The notes: generated by a model not told the origin, from the sequence alone. A DNA stretch of 36,454 nt from Craspedostauros australis (GCA_030167865.1 JALAGF010003399.1:1-36454), one strand, 5' to 3'; counted from the stretch's first letter, positions 1-10,398 are shown. Numbers and translations: made by a program.

Positions 1-10
1 TGCCAAAGCG

Positions 11-1153
11 ATGCTCTCCGTCCCTTTCTACATTTACGAAGATTGGGACTGGCTGCAACATGGAAGTTACCAGGGCAAATCCATGCTGAGTCTGATCAAT
101 GACCCCACATCCCTCAAGGATCTTGGCACCATCATGCAGTTCAAGCTCTGCACAGATTTCTGGTTCCTCTTGGCTGCTTACAACCATCCTCAACGCACCA
201 AGGATCCCAACGAGGCCAAGATCTTCGTCGTCCCCACACTGGTCAACTTCTATTCCCGCTGGGGCATCCAGCCGGAAGAACTTTGCGTCAAGGGTCACTG
301 TGGCGGCCGCCTCATGCAGTACACCATGAACCAGCTCTCCGAATCGCCGTACTTCCAAAAATCAGGCGGCAAGGATCACATCATGGTCAATTCCTACAAT
401 TACTACTGGAAGCGTCTGCCTTGGATGTACCGATTTGCCATGCCATGGAAGAATCTGTTTTCTAGGGTGAATATGATCGGTTTCGACGGACGCAAGGACA
501 ATCACCGCAATCGGGAGAATTTCCCTGATCACAAGTTCGGTAGCCGATGTCAACCGACTGAAGAGAAGTTGCATGATTTTGCAATGATCGCAAGTCTGCA
601 TCCGGAGAAACGAAGATTCCTCGATCGGCGCAATCTGTGCAAGTGGATGGGGCAGCCATCGGGCGAAGATACCAGCAGCGGCAACCTTGCCGCATCCTCA
701 TCGTCGGCTTATGACATGAGCATTTGCGGCAGAGGCAAGCAATGCCCGGCGTTGGCGGAAGCCCGATACTCCTTCCAGGTCTTGGGTGATACTGCGGGAT
801 CGCAACGACTGATAGACATCGTGCTCAGTGACACTGTGCCCATATTCACACGGCCAAAACAGTATCAAGCGCAGGCCGATTTCATTGATTGGGATGAGGT
901 CTCGTACTTTGCCGACATCTCCACTGAGCAACGATTCTTGCGAGATATTGACAAGGTCATCACCAACAGTGTTGGGTACGCCGTCAAGCTCGAGAAGGTG
1001 ATTGCCAACAAGGAATTGTTTGATTGGGAGACATCTACGACATTCGATATGTTCATGTTCGTGTTGCAGTCCAGGATTTATCCCGAAACGATATCGAAGG
1101 ATGCCAAGCTACCGTATTCCGCATTGAAGGTTCCACGGGTTGGCGACAAATGA
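11..1153 (+). CDS. Exostosin-family (GT47) glycosyltransferase, probably 5'-partial
   Basis: 380-aa ORF with GT47-type motifs: RTKDPNEAKIFVVP, SPYFQKSGGKDHIMV and FQVLGDTAGSQRLIDIVLSDTVPIF. The frame is open to the window edge and no N-terminal TM anchor is present, so the true start is likely upstream. Confidence 0.8.
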   Translation: MLSVPFYIYEDWDWLQHGSYQGKSMLSLINDPTSLKDLGTIMQFKLCTDFWFLLAAYNHPQRTKDPNEAKIFVVPTLVNFYSRWGIQPEELCVKGHCGGRLMQYTMNQLSESPYFQKSGGKDHIMVNSYNYYWKRLPWMYRFAMPWKNLFSRVNMIGFDGRKDNHRNRENFPDHKFGSRCQPTEEKLHDFAMIASLHPEKRRFLDRRNLCKWMGQPSGEDTSSGNLAASSSSAYDMSICGRGKQCPALAEARYSFQVLGDTAGSQRLIDIVLSDTVPIFTRPKQYQAQADFIDWDEVSYFADISTEQRFLRDIDKVITNSVGYAVKLEKVIANKELFDWETSTTFDMFMFVLQSRIYPETISKDAKLPYSALKVPRVGDK

Positions 1154-1400
1154 AGGACAATGACACACACCGTGAACATCACATTTCGCGTGTGGGTAGC
1201 ATCCGTAAGATGGTGGAGTGATGCTGATCAGTCGCACAGTGGCATGACACAGGCTGCAGAAGCAAGGGAGTGTACTCTACGTATTACAACCATCATGCGT
1301 AATAACACATCCATCAATGGTCTTATTCTAATTCATTGCAATCTCCAACAGGTCGTGTCGTAAGAGTGCATAGTACATAGGATGACAGTAGGCATGAGGG

Positions 1401-3716
1401 CTATTGCACGTCGTTCCTGCTACCGTCCCCATCAATAGTATCTGCCTGCTGGCGTATTGATGATTCGACGCTGGAAATGAGACCATAGTTCGGCACCAAG
1501 TTTTTATGTGCGAGCACGGATCCAGTCAGCGGGCTCTTGTCGCTTGTGGCAAGCCATCGGCGGATTGCCACTTCCTCGTACGTATGACCTGCAGTTATAC
1601 GCGTGGTTTGGTTTGGGTGCAGAATGGAATGGAAGAGATTGAAGACATGGAGAATGGCAGAATGAAGGGGTTGGTGAGTATTGCTGTCATCCGCAGTGCA
1701 AGGTTGCAGTACAAGGTCTCAGTACAAGTTCGCACAACCGCAATCTGCACAAGACTCACCATCCGGTGCAACGACTGGTTCTACCATCGGTTCTCCAGTG
1801 ATTGGGCATGGTGGCATGCCAGGCAGCGCCTCCGTGCGATCATTCCCATCCAAATCCAATGCCATGGTGGATTGCAGATCGAGCAACGTGCTGACTTCTT
1901 CCTGGACTTCCTGGATGGCCTGAGAGTGCTGCTGACCAGTGCTGCTGCTGCTGCTGTTGTTGTTGTTGGTGGTGGTGTTGTTGCTGCTGCCAGAATTGCT
2001 GTGGGGAGAGTCGTGCGTCGGTATGTCCAACGAGAATGATGCCGATGGATTGTTCCTTCCGTCCCAATTCGTGGCGTGCACAATGTCGCTCACCGCCGTG
2101 TCAATTCCTCCATTGAACCAGCGTTCGAAGATGGACAGACTGCCTTGGACCACTTCGCTGCTGATGGACAGTAAACCATCGACGGGAACACGATCGATCG
2201 TCTCCGTGAGACTGCTCGCGACGATGGAGTTTGAGAGCCGTTCCTGGATGGATGAGAGCTCTTCTTGGCAGATCTCGGCAGCGCTTGAGGCCTGCACTTC
2301 ACACACCAGCATGTGCCTGTGTGTCTGGAACGAGCAGATCCATCCCTCCGGCGTTTTGTAGGAGAGCTGGACGTGGTCGGCCATGACTTCGGATACCTGG
2401 TACTGCTGGTGGGGCACGAGGGGGAACAAGTCGTCGGGACGGCAGAACTGCGTGAAACGGCACAGATCCCCTCGCCGCAGATTCGCTTCATTGCTTTCGT
2501 ATTCACAGGTGATCCGCACACGGGCGCGATTCGATGCCACCCCAGTCAACGATACCCAGCTGTCGATGGTGGCGCTGACGCCGGTGAGCAAATGCACGAC
2601 GTCGATCGATGCCATTCCCAGGAAGGTGTCGTCGGAATCGCCGGACGCCGACTGTTTGGACCAGCCCATCTTATCCTCCTTGTTCGTTTTCGTTTCGCCG
2701 TCGACCGAGCCAGTGAAGATCGCCACCGTCAACACGGAGTTCGGTTTCTTGTACTCGTACTGCGATCCGCTCCTGCTGCTGTCAAGGGTTGCCATGCTGT
2801 CCGATGTCGCCATTGTTGTCGTTACTGTTGTCGTTGTCGTCGTCATTTCTGTTGTGATGTCCTTCGGCGGATTGTGCATGAGGTGGTTGGCCGGGAGCGA
2901 TACATCCAAGAACATAGACTCATGCCTTGGCCACGTGGGGTCTGTGGAGTTGAAGACCATGGAAGTCCTTTGTGTTGAATTGCCAAACTTCACGCTGGCG
3001 TACGGGTTGATTGCATTTTGGTTGGAATTGCCCCCGAATCGACTGGCAACACCGAACAACCCCCTTGGTGCTTCATTGTTCTTCGGATTCTGCGTGCGTG
3101 TGAATGTATGCCATGGTGATGAAGACAACGGGATTGCAAGTATAATACATCGTGATCGAAGCGAGCAGTTGTGAGAACGGGGCCAGCGGAATGCCATTGT
3201 GCAAACGCATCCATTGGGAGGTAACAAGCGAAGCTCTGGAGTCCTCTCTGTTTGCTGCAAACAAGATTACGGTATGCCTCTCACCTCCAGACCACGTGCA
3301 GCGACCACGCGCACGATGAGCGTCCCCAGCAGGTACTCTTCCATGTCTTCCTGATCATCGTCATCGTCATCATCAATATCGTCCGATTCAGGTGTGGTGA
3401 TGTTGCTTGAATCTTCTGCTGGTTTGCGCTTGCCTTCATGTCTGTGCCATCGAGAATCATCATCATCATCAGGTGATGTTGCTGTTGTTGCAACAGCTGC
3501 ATTGATTGGTTGCTGCCCATCTTGTGACAACGAAAGGCGACCTTCGTTGGAGGCTATGGAACTGAGAGCCGCTTGGGAGTTCGCGCCAACTTGGCTGTCA
3601 TCTCCGTCACCATCAGAAGCAGAAGCAGCAGAAGCAATAGCAGCAATAGCGGTGTCACTGTCCTGACTGTCTTCTGTGCCAAGCCTCAAGTTCTGCATGG
3701 ACCCATTCCAGCTCAT
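1401..3716 (-). CDS. C2-domain / U-box protein (putative E3 ubiquitin ligase), 3 exons
   Basis: Exons 3716-3285, 3089-1760 and 1588-1401; introns GTGAGA..GCAG and GTGAGT..GCAG keep the frame. C2 strands: LGTLIVRVVAARGLE, NPYASVKFG..RTSMVFNSTDPTW, LTVAIF, DDTFLGMASIDV. The U-box is assembled across intron 2: CPITGEPMVEPVVAPDG|HTYEEVAIRRWLATSDKSPLTGSVLAHKNLVPNYGL. Stop TAG at 1403-1401. Confidence 0.85.
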
Positions 3717-3984
3717 GGTTTCATCTGAAGTGCTGTATTGACTGGCCTCTCAGCTCTTTGTTGTGCAGCGTGTTTGTGCAGCGTGTTTGTGTCTGGAATG
3801 TGTTGACTCTGACACGGTTGTGCGAAGTGATTCCTGGGTTGTGGTTGTTGTTTGTGTGTCGGAGGGAGAAACCCAGTCGCGTCCTCTTCGTTCTGCAAAC
3901 TTCGCTGTTTGCAAAACACAACGAAAGACGAATGAAAGACAAGCGATGGACAGACAGACGGAGATTTGGAGGCATTCTTCACGA

Positions 3985-4024
3985 TACTCGTACGACTACT
4001 CGTACGACTACTCGTAGTCTACTC
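3985..4024. repeat. 12-bp tandem repeat (TACTCGTACGAC x~3) ending in a small hairpin GACTAC-TC-GTAGTC
   Basis: Read directly at 3985-3996, 3997-4008 and a degenerate third copy. Intergenic, upstream of the C2/U-box gene. Confidence 0.85.
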
Positions 4025-4144
4025 TAACTGAGAACCTTATCTTACTGCCTCTTTGCTACTATACCTTCTTCTCTCTTCGTAGCCATGCCGAGGCTTCCTT
4101 GTGATGCCAAAGCAAGTCACTCGTAGGTAAGCAATGTTGCCAAA

Positions 4145-4786
4145 TCATGGGGAACTGCGCGTGTAAACGTGATGCGTGAATCCCGGCGCTCCATCCTCAG
4201 GAGGGTACACCGTGTTGGACATCTCTTTGAAGGACTTCTCCCAAACAGATTTGTCAGGGAACCTGGCGACTGCTTCTGGAAGCTTGCCTGTCTTTGGTGA
4301 CGGCGACGTCAAATCAACCTCCGTGTCCACAATGCTGAGGTAGACATGTGTCACTGCCTCATTTTGCACTGCTTGCGTGTAGAGTCCTTCCCCGCCAATG
4401 ACCCAGCACTTGGGAGGAACGTCGATACTGGTCGCATCAGTATTATCGTTCAATTTCTGTGTTGCCAGTTCTTTGGCACGCTCCAACGCAGCCTCCAATG
4501 ATCCCGCAACCTCCAGCTTGGTGGGGAATTTGGATACGGGAGCTTTCTTCATTGTTCTGGAAACAATGATGCAATGCGAGGCATGTCCGATGTGTTCCTG
4601 GCTTTCGGATTCCAGGAAGGTCCGGCGGCCCATGATCATGATGCTATTCGCGGTCAGTCTCGTGTAGATCGCATACTCGTGCGGGATGCTCCAGGGCAGG
4701 CCACCATCGATGCCGATGACGCGATTGTTGGCCATTGCCGACACGATGCCGAATGGGACGGTCGGTGGATTGTTTGCTGCGATCAT
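4145..4786 (-). CDS. DHFR: Monofunctional dihydrofolate reductase-like protein (divergent)
   Basis: DHFR motifs GIVSAMANNRVIGIDGGLPWSIPHEY, IMGRRTF, IIVSR, WVIGGEGLY, VYLSIVD and FP. It ends at a stop with no thymidylate synthase domain. The start is uncertain: an in-frame ATG at 5002 could add an N-terminal extension. Confidence 0.85.
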   Translation of the reverse strand: MIAANNPPTVPFGIVSAMANNRVIGIDGGLPWSIPHEYAIYTRLTANSIMIMGRRTFLESESQEHIGHASHCIIVSRTMKKAPVSKFPTKLEVAGSLEAALERAKELATQKLNDNTDATSIDVPPKCWVIGGEGLYTQAVQNEAVTHVYLSIVDTEVDLTSPSPKTGKLPEAVARFPDKSVWEKSFKEMSNTVYPPEDGAPGFTHHVYTRSSP

Positions 4787-5634
4787 CGGAGATGGTTGGT
4801 GCTGATGCTGCTGTCGTTGTGGGCTGATGATGCTCGTGTGTCTGTAGCCTGAAGAGTTGATGGATTTATGAGTCACACAGGGCAGCACCTGTGAAGCCAA
4901 GAAGGAGTGTTGCGATTGATCTGCTAGAAAGAAGTGTGGCTGGATCCGTTTGGCAAGAAGTTCTCTAGTTCGCGTGAAATGATGGAGAGATGCTGCGATC
5001 ATAGCCGCAGGCAACTCCTTGTTGGTGATCCTCGTGGGCCCGTCCTCCACCTCTCTTCGTGAGGGTCTGAGACACGTGAGAGGCGACACATCGACAAGGC
5101 TGGCATCGAGGAAGTCTGTTGTGACGCATGTTCGAGCTTCGTTCCGAGCATCGCCCGTCAATGCCTTTCTCGCCACATCCTGAATCCCGACTTTGCGGGT
5201 CTCAACTCTCGCAACGGAACAAAGAGAACGCAAGGCAAAGAGGACCGCCCCCAAAATCGCCAACGCACAAGATGGCAGAAGAGGAGCCTTTGCGAGGTTG
5301 GATGCTCCCATGTGCTGATAATTTTATTTTATGGATGGGTGAGAGGACGGAAGTATTATATAGAATAATATAATATGATGTCAGCTCCAAAGGATCGAAC
5401 GTATTATGATATACTAGCCGGAGGCATCGATTTCCCTGGAACACAGAATCCTCCATTGCATCCTTGGATAATGATGGTGACCAAGACGGTCCTGCTGCGT
5501 GCATCCTGTCCCGAGAGCTATCGACCAGCTCACCAGTGCATTACCCGAATCCTACGCGTCGATGCGTCTTGGTTCTTCTTTCTTCGTCGCTGCCGTACGG
5601 TAGATCTCGATTCAATTCGATTTTGGCTCCGCAT

Positions 5635-6402
5635 TTATTTGGCGGCGTACAAGGCGATGAGTCCGAGGATGAATGGGAGGGAGATTCCGGCCAGTCCAGC
5701 GAGGGCGATTGGGAGCTTCTCTTCATCGGTCATCTTGTCAGTGTTGCTGTATTTCAAGCGTAGGGAAGCCATGGATTTACGGTGCAGCGAGAGATAGATG
5801 CGCGTCGTATGTGCGAAGCATTTGACGGTTTAGAGTTATCCCCATGTCGTCGTCGCAGTGCAATCCCACAAGTTGCACAATTGTCATCCAAGCGATCAAC
5901 CCCCATGTAATGCACCATGATCGACATGCAAGGACGGGGTGTTATGGCAGTTTCCAGTTTCGCCAAGCGCAAGCGTGAAGGGAAGAGAAGAAGAGCAAAA
6001 GACCCAATGACGTGAGTATCCATGAAATCGATGGGCATGCAACCACCGTTGCCTCAGATCATGCCTTGCCACTCCGTGATGGACGTAACCAACACTGTAT
6101 GTTTGAACGTCACAATGCACCTTCATCTGCCTTTCGCACTATTTTCGCCTTCATTGATTGATTCAACCTGATGCTTTGCTGCGCGTTGCTTACGTTTGGA
6201 AGAACTCTTCTGGCTCCGAATCTCTGGAGAGGGACTCGCGCTCTGGATCTCCCATGAATCCATTGAGCTTGGTGGTCGTGGTGGCGGCCTTGACATTGAA
6301 GGCATGGCCAACGGATGAGCGTGGGACGAATGCCTGCGACATGAGGACGCAGCTCATGGCGACGACGACGGCAAGGACGGTGGAGAATGTGACGGACTTC
6401 AT
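5635..6402 (-). CDS. Small (~106 aa) plastid-targeted single-TM protein of unknown function, 2 exons
   Basis: Exon 1 is 6402-6194 (MKSVTFSTVLAVVVAMSCVLMSQAFVP..., signal peptide plus ASAFAP-like motif). A phase-2 intron GTAAGC..ACAG spans 6193-5747. Exon 2 is 5746-5635 and encodes TNTDKMTDEEKLPIALAGLAGISLPFILGLIALYAAK-stop. Confidence 0.8.
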
Positions 6403-7143
6403 ATTGCTGATTGGTGTAGCTGTTGTTGAATAGAACTAGAGTGGACGGGAGAAGAGTAGGCTTATTGGTGTTTGTGGATGGATTCGGCTTGGTGTTTGTG
6501 GAGGAGGAAAAGTTGTGAGTGTGAATGTGTTGGAGGGCAAGGCTGACGACGACAGCCAAGGGCAGTGAGTGCTGGGCCTTGTTGGGTTCGCGGAAGGTTG
6601 AGTTGGTTGAGTTGGTTGTGGTGCGTTGATGTGGCGGCGTGTCATGAAGTGGAAAAACCGAGCTGGCTGACGATCGTGTCATCATTGATCGCCATCATTT
6701 GTCATCGAATGACCCAACCGATCAACATCAGAATTCTGATGTGTTGCCGTAGATTGCGTAAATGAGGCTAGATACATACTAGATCCTCAGCATTTCGATG
6801 ATACAGAGTGCACTGGTGCGAACAGCGGAGTAGGAGCCAGAATACCAGGGAGGGGAGAGCACAAGCTGTCGCAATCTCAGAATGGTACCCTAGTACTATA
6901 CATTGCGATTGCATTACAGCCACACGACGTTCATTTCAGCTCGCTGTCCTGTTGTTGGTTCTTTAACTCTCTCATTCTATCTTACGGTGACTCAGTTGTA
7001 TCGTCGTCTTCCTTCTTGCCGTCTCGCATCATCGTGCTGCCTGCTTCGGCGCCTTCATCGTTTCGATATCACACAACCAAAGCTGGCAAAGTGGATACGT
7101 ACTGTTGTGCCACGCCATGCACCATCGCCTTGTCGCGACTCTT

Positions 7144-7713
7144 CTAAGGATTAGTCGCCAAGGTGATGGCATCGCAGACGCACCGTGTGGTGAAGGCGTT
7201 GATGAAGGTCCGCTCTTCACGCGTGCAGGTGGTGGCCTCGGACTCGCAGCTCTCATCTTCGCTGAGGACCGTCGTGATGACGATGAGCAGCAGCGACGTG
7301 GGGATGAGGCACAGGATGAGGAAGTGGATGAAACTGGCACGCTGCACGCGTCGCAGTTCTCGCAGCAGCACGTTGCGTCGGCGTTCCTGCATCTCGGGAC
7401 TGTCGTGATCGACGAAGGCATTGTCGCCTTCATCGAGGTCGTTGGCCGTGTGGTCGAGGAGGATGACGGTCATGTCGTCATCGTCGCCGCCGCCCTCGTT
7501 GTTGTTGCAGTCGTTGTCGAGCGCGCTTGGGTTCTCCATCAGCACCATGTTGGAGAGGGGGGATGGGGCAGCGCGGTTGCCTCCGGCGGACTCCAGGTCC
7601 GTGCTGAGCATGCGGTTGCTGTTGGCCCTGCCAAAGAGGCTCCTTGACGATCGGCCACCTCCCAAGACGGTTGGTCGCTCCTCGTTTGTGCTCTGTTCGT
7701 CAGTGATCGTCAT
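7144..7713 (-). CDS. Hypothetical single-pass membrane protein with short Cys-containing C-terminus
   Basis: 189-aa ORF with coding-like codon usage. It has a disordered acidic N-terminus, a basic helix, the hydrophobic segment FIHFLILCLIPTSLLLIVITTVL, and then a tail with 4 Cys. Confidence 0.7.
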   Translation of the reverse strand: MTITDEQSTNEERPTVLGGGRSSRSLFGRANSNRMLSTDLESAGGNRAAPSPLSNMVLMENPSALDNDCNNNEGGGDDDDMTVILLDHTANDLDEGDNAFVDHDSPEMQERRRNVLLRELRRVQRASFIHFLILCLIPTSLLLIVITTVLSEDESCESEATTCTREERTFINAFTTRCVCDAITLATNP

Positions 7714-7740
7714 GTTGTCCTGTCCTGTCTTGGAATGCGC

Positions 7741-7778
7741 TGCGTTTGATGCGCTTGATGCGTTTGATGCGTTTGATG
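7741..7778. repeat. 9-bp tandem repeat (GCGTTTGAT x4)
   Basis: Read directly; lies just 5' of the ATG at 7713 on the minus strand. Confidence 0.8.
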
Positions 7779-8641
7779 TGTATGAATGGGCACAACTCTG
7801 TGGAGAGTCGGGGGTTGCTATTGTACAACAGGCTTGGTGGTTGAATGGTAACGAGTGAGCTCGGAGGGACGGAGGCAGTAGATGAAGAACACGGGAAAGG
7901 CTGCGAGTGCTTCAGAGCGCCGGTTCATGGTGGAGACGGACGCGTTCGTTGCGGTTGTTGTCCTTCTTCGCTGTTTGCGTTGGTTGTTTGCTGCTTTCTT
8001 CTCTCGTTGTTTTGCGGACTGTATTCTCCAGAATTCTGCCCCAACAGTTTCCCCGTCTCTTACCTTTCATCGTTGATGACAAAATTGCACGGATTTCAAA
8101 TATTTGCCTCTTTGAATTGATATATGTAAACTTGTCACATAAGACATCAATAGATTCATTGATCGTGGGAGTTTCGCTCCGAAGATGCTTCACGACGAAA
8201 CGCCTGCAAACCTCGTCGATCTCGCATCACATTTTGTGAACATCTCCATCTTTGCCTTCGAAGTGATCTGTTCATGGCGGTGCACGGTGCGGGGAATCGC
8301 ACGAGACATCTCAAGGGTGCAACATAACATTCTGCTCGTATGATACGGCTGCGTCCTTGCATCCTCGCATCTTTTCTCATGCTCTAGTTCCGTTCCAACA
8401 ACCGCTGCTATACCTAATACTCTAGTCGTACGACTATTCATCTCTTTCCAACCCACTGCACTTCGCTAAATTCCATTCCCTTCTCGAACGTGTGTTCAAT
8501 TCAACATTCTCCCAGCCAAGCCAATCTGAGTTCCAACGTTGAGGACTCTGGTCCATTCCATTGTATTCTATAATACATATTATACTATACAGGTGGTCTC
8601 TACATACTCTACATACTCTATTCTACCGCATAGTAGCCTGC

Positions 8642-9868
8642 CTAAACCTTGCCATCCAGATGCCATTGAAGCCGATGCTGCGCTATCCAGGAGTCATTGT
8701 GAATCCTGGACAGAGCCTCGACAGGCTTGCTTAGCAGCACGACTTGCGACACGTCCATGTCGCAACCGCTTCTCTCCATCCAACTTGTTGGCAACGTGAT
8801 GTGGGACATGATAGCCTTACAAGCAGGGGCAACCAGCACCACATCCACGGCGTAGTTTGCAAGCAACGCCTCAACCTGAACGGCCTGCGCATCGACGGCT
8901 TGATCTGACGTTAACGTTACGGCATGCGACACATGCGTTTGCATCGCCGCTTGGAATCGTTGCACGACAGCGTCAGAAGGCCCGATGATGATGGCACGCG
9001 GCCGCACCATGAAGGTGGGACTGACACCGGAAAAGCTGTCGGCGTCGGGCTGGTCGTACCAGTATCCGCACGATGGAGTGTGGAACGGCGCGTAGATACC
9101 ACAGTCCGTGATGGTCAAGGGTTGCTGCGGCGCATCGCCGTCGGGCGTGCCCAGCGCTTCCATGGCCGTCAGGACCTCCCATCCGCTAACGATCTCTCCA
9201 AACACGACGTGCTTGCCATCGCACTGCGGCGCCGCAGCGAACGTGAAGAAGAATTGGGAGCTGTTGGAATTCTTGCCGCTGTTTCCCATCGACAGGATAC
9301 CGCGGCGGTCATGCTTCAAGGCGAGGCCGGGACGATCGTCCTTGAATTTCTTGCCGTTGTAGATGGATTCTCCGCCGCTGCCATTGCCAAACACGAAATC
9401 TCCACCCTGCACGACGAAGTTGGGAACGACGCGATGGACCTTCGATCCACGGTATGTCAATGGCTTGCCGGATTCACCGATCGGTGGTGGCTTCACCTTG
9501 CTGCCGCTGCTGCTGTCCGTCGTGGATGGTAAAGCAGATCCGTTCGCGCACAGGGTGGCAAAGTTCTCGCAAGCCAACGGCGATGTGTCCCAGTACAACT
9601 TGACGACAATGCGATTGCCGCCGATGGGCGGTTTGGTCTCGATGCCCTCGCCGACCTTGCAACCCCACTCGTGATCGTTGGCGATGCACTCGGGGATGCG
9701 TGATATCTCCGAACCACCCAGATACCTCAGGTCCTTGCAGGAGAAGCCGTAGCGGCTGTCAGTGGCATCCACGAAGGCCGCCGCGGTCGCCAGCTTCTGC
9801 CGATGACCATTCACATCGAAATCGATGAAGCAGAATTCGGGCGTTTTTGCGTTGATTCCGGAGACCAT
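8642..9868 (-). CDS. Cyclophilin-type peptidyl-prolyl cis-trans isomerase with N-terminal insertion and C-terminal extension
   Basis: PLACENFATLC, YRGSKVHRVVPNFVVQGGD, GSGGESIY, LSMGNSGKNSNSSQFFFT, DGKHVVFGEIVSG and ITDCG. Intronless, 408 aa. Confidence 0.93.
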   Translation of the reverse strand: MVSGINAKTPEFCFIDFDVNGHRQKLATAAAFVDATDSRYGFSCKDLRYLGGSEISRIPECIANDHEWGCKVGEGIETKPPIGGNRIVVKLYWDTSPLACENFATLCANGSALPSTTDSSSGSKVKPPPIGESGKPLTYRGSKVHRVVPNFVVQGGDFVFGNGSGGESIYNGKKFKDDRPGLALKHDRRGILSMGNSGKNSNSSQFFFTFAAAPQCDGKHVVFGEIVSGWEVLTAMEALGTPDGDAPQQPLTITDCGIYAPFHTPSCGYWYDQPDADSFSGVSPTFMVRPRAIIIGPSDAVVQRFQAAMQTHVSHAVTLTSDQAVDAQAVQVEALLANYAVDVVLVAPACKAIMSHITLPTSWMERSGCDMDVSQVVLLSKPVEALSRIHNDSWIAQHRLQWHLDGKV

Positions 9869-10398
9869 CGTGGACTCGTTCGTTGTCTGTCTTCTACAGC
9901 ACTATGCAGGGCAATGTGTGATCATTGATGCTGGTGTTGCCATCAATAGTCGTACAATCCGCGGAGTGCTCTCCTATTCGCGAATGATGCCGCCATGGTC
10001 AGATCCGCTGTCATGTTCCCACAGCGGAGCCGCCTTGGTGAGAATGCAAAGATTGAAAATTTGACTAACTCGATCAATACATCCACCAGAAGTTGGTACC
10101 ACACAAGAGTGCACATTTGATCACGACGAACTCTTCCACAACCAACCATCTTTGGCGCCAACCACAACAAGAACAACAATAACAAGCACAGCATCAAACC
10201 GATGTTCTGTGGCTGAACATACGTGCCGACACATGAGACGACGAAGCCAAAGAATCAAAAAGGAAGGACAGCGAGAGAGTGGAGAAATAGGCACAAGTTC
10301 TACATATAATACTCTAACTGTAAACAGTACCATTAACATTCCCATCAGCACTCCCCAGAAAGACGACAAAACAAAGAGGAGAGACAACGACGAGCACC

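Noticed and set aside
1939..3174. Long plus-strand ORFs (1939-2361, 2313-2978, 2383-3174) including a poly-Leu 'signal peptide'
   Set aside because: These are antisense shadows of the C2/U-box gene. The poly-Leu comes from its Asn/Ser/Thr triplet repeats.
4787..5311. 175-aa N-terminal extension of the DHFR ORF as an extra domain
   Set aside because: There is no recognisable motif. It is more likely UTR or promoter read-through, or at most a partial targeting peptide.
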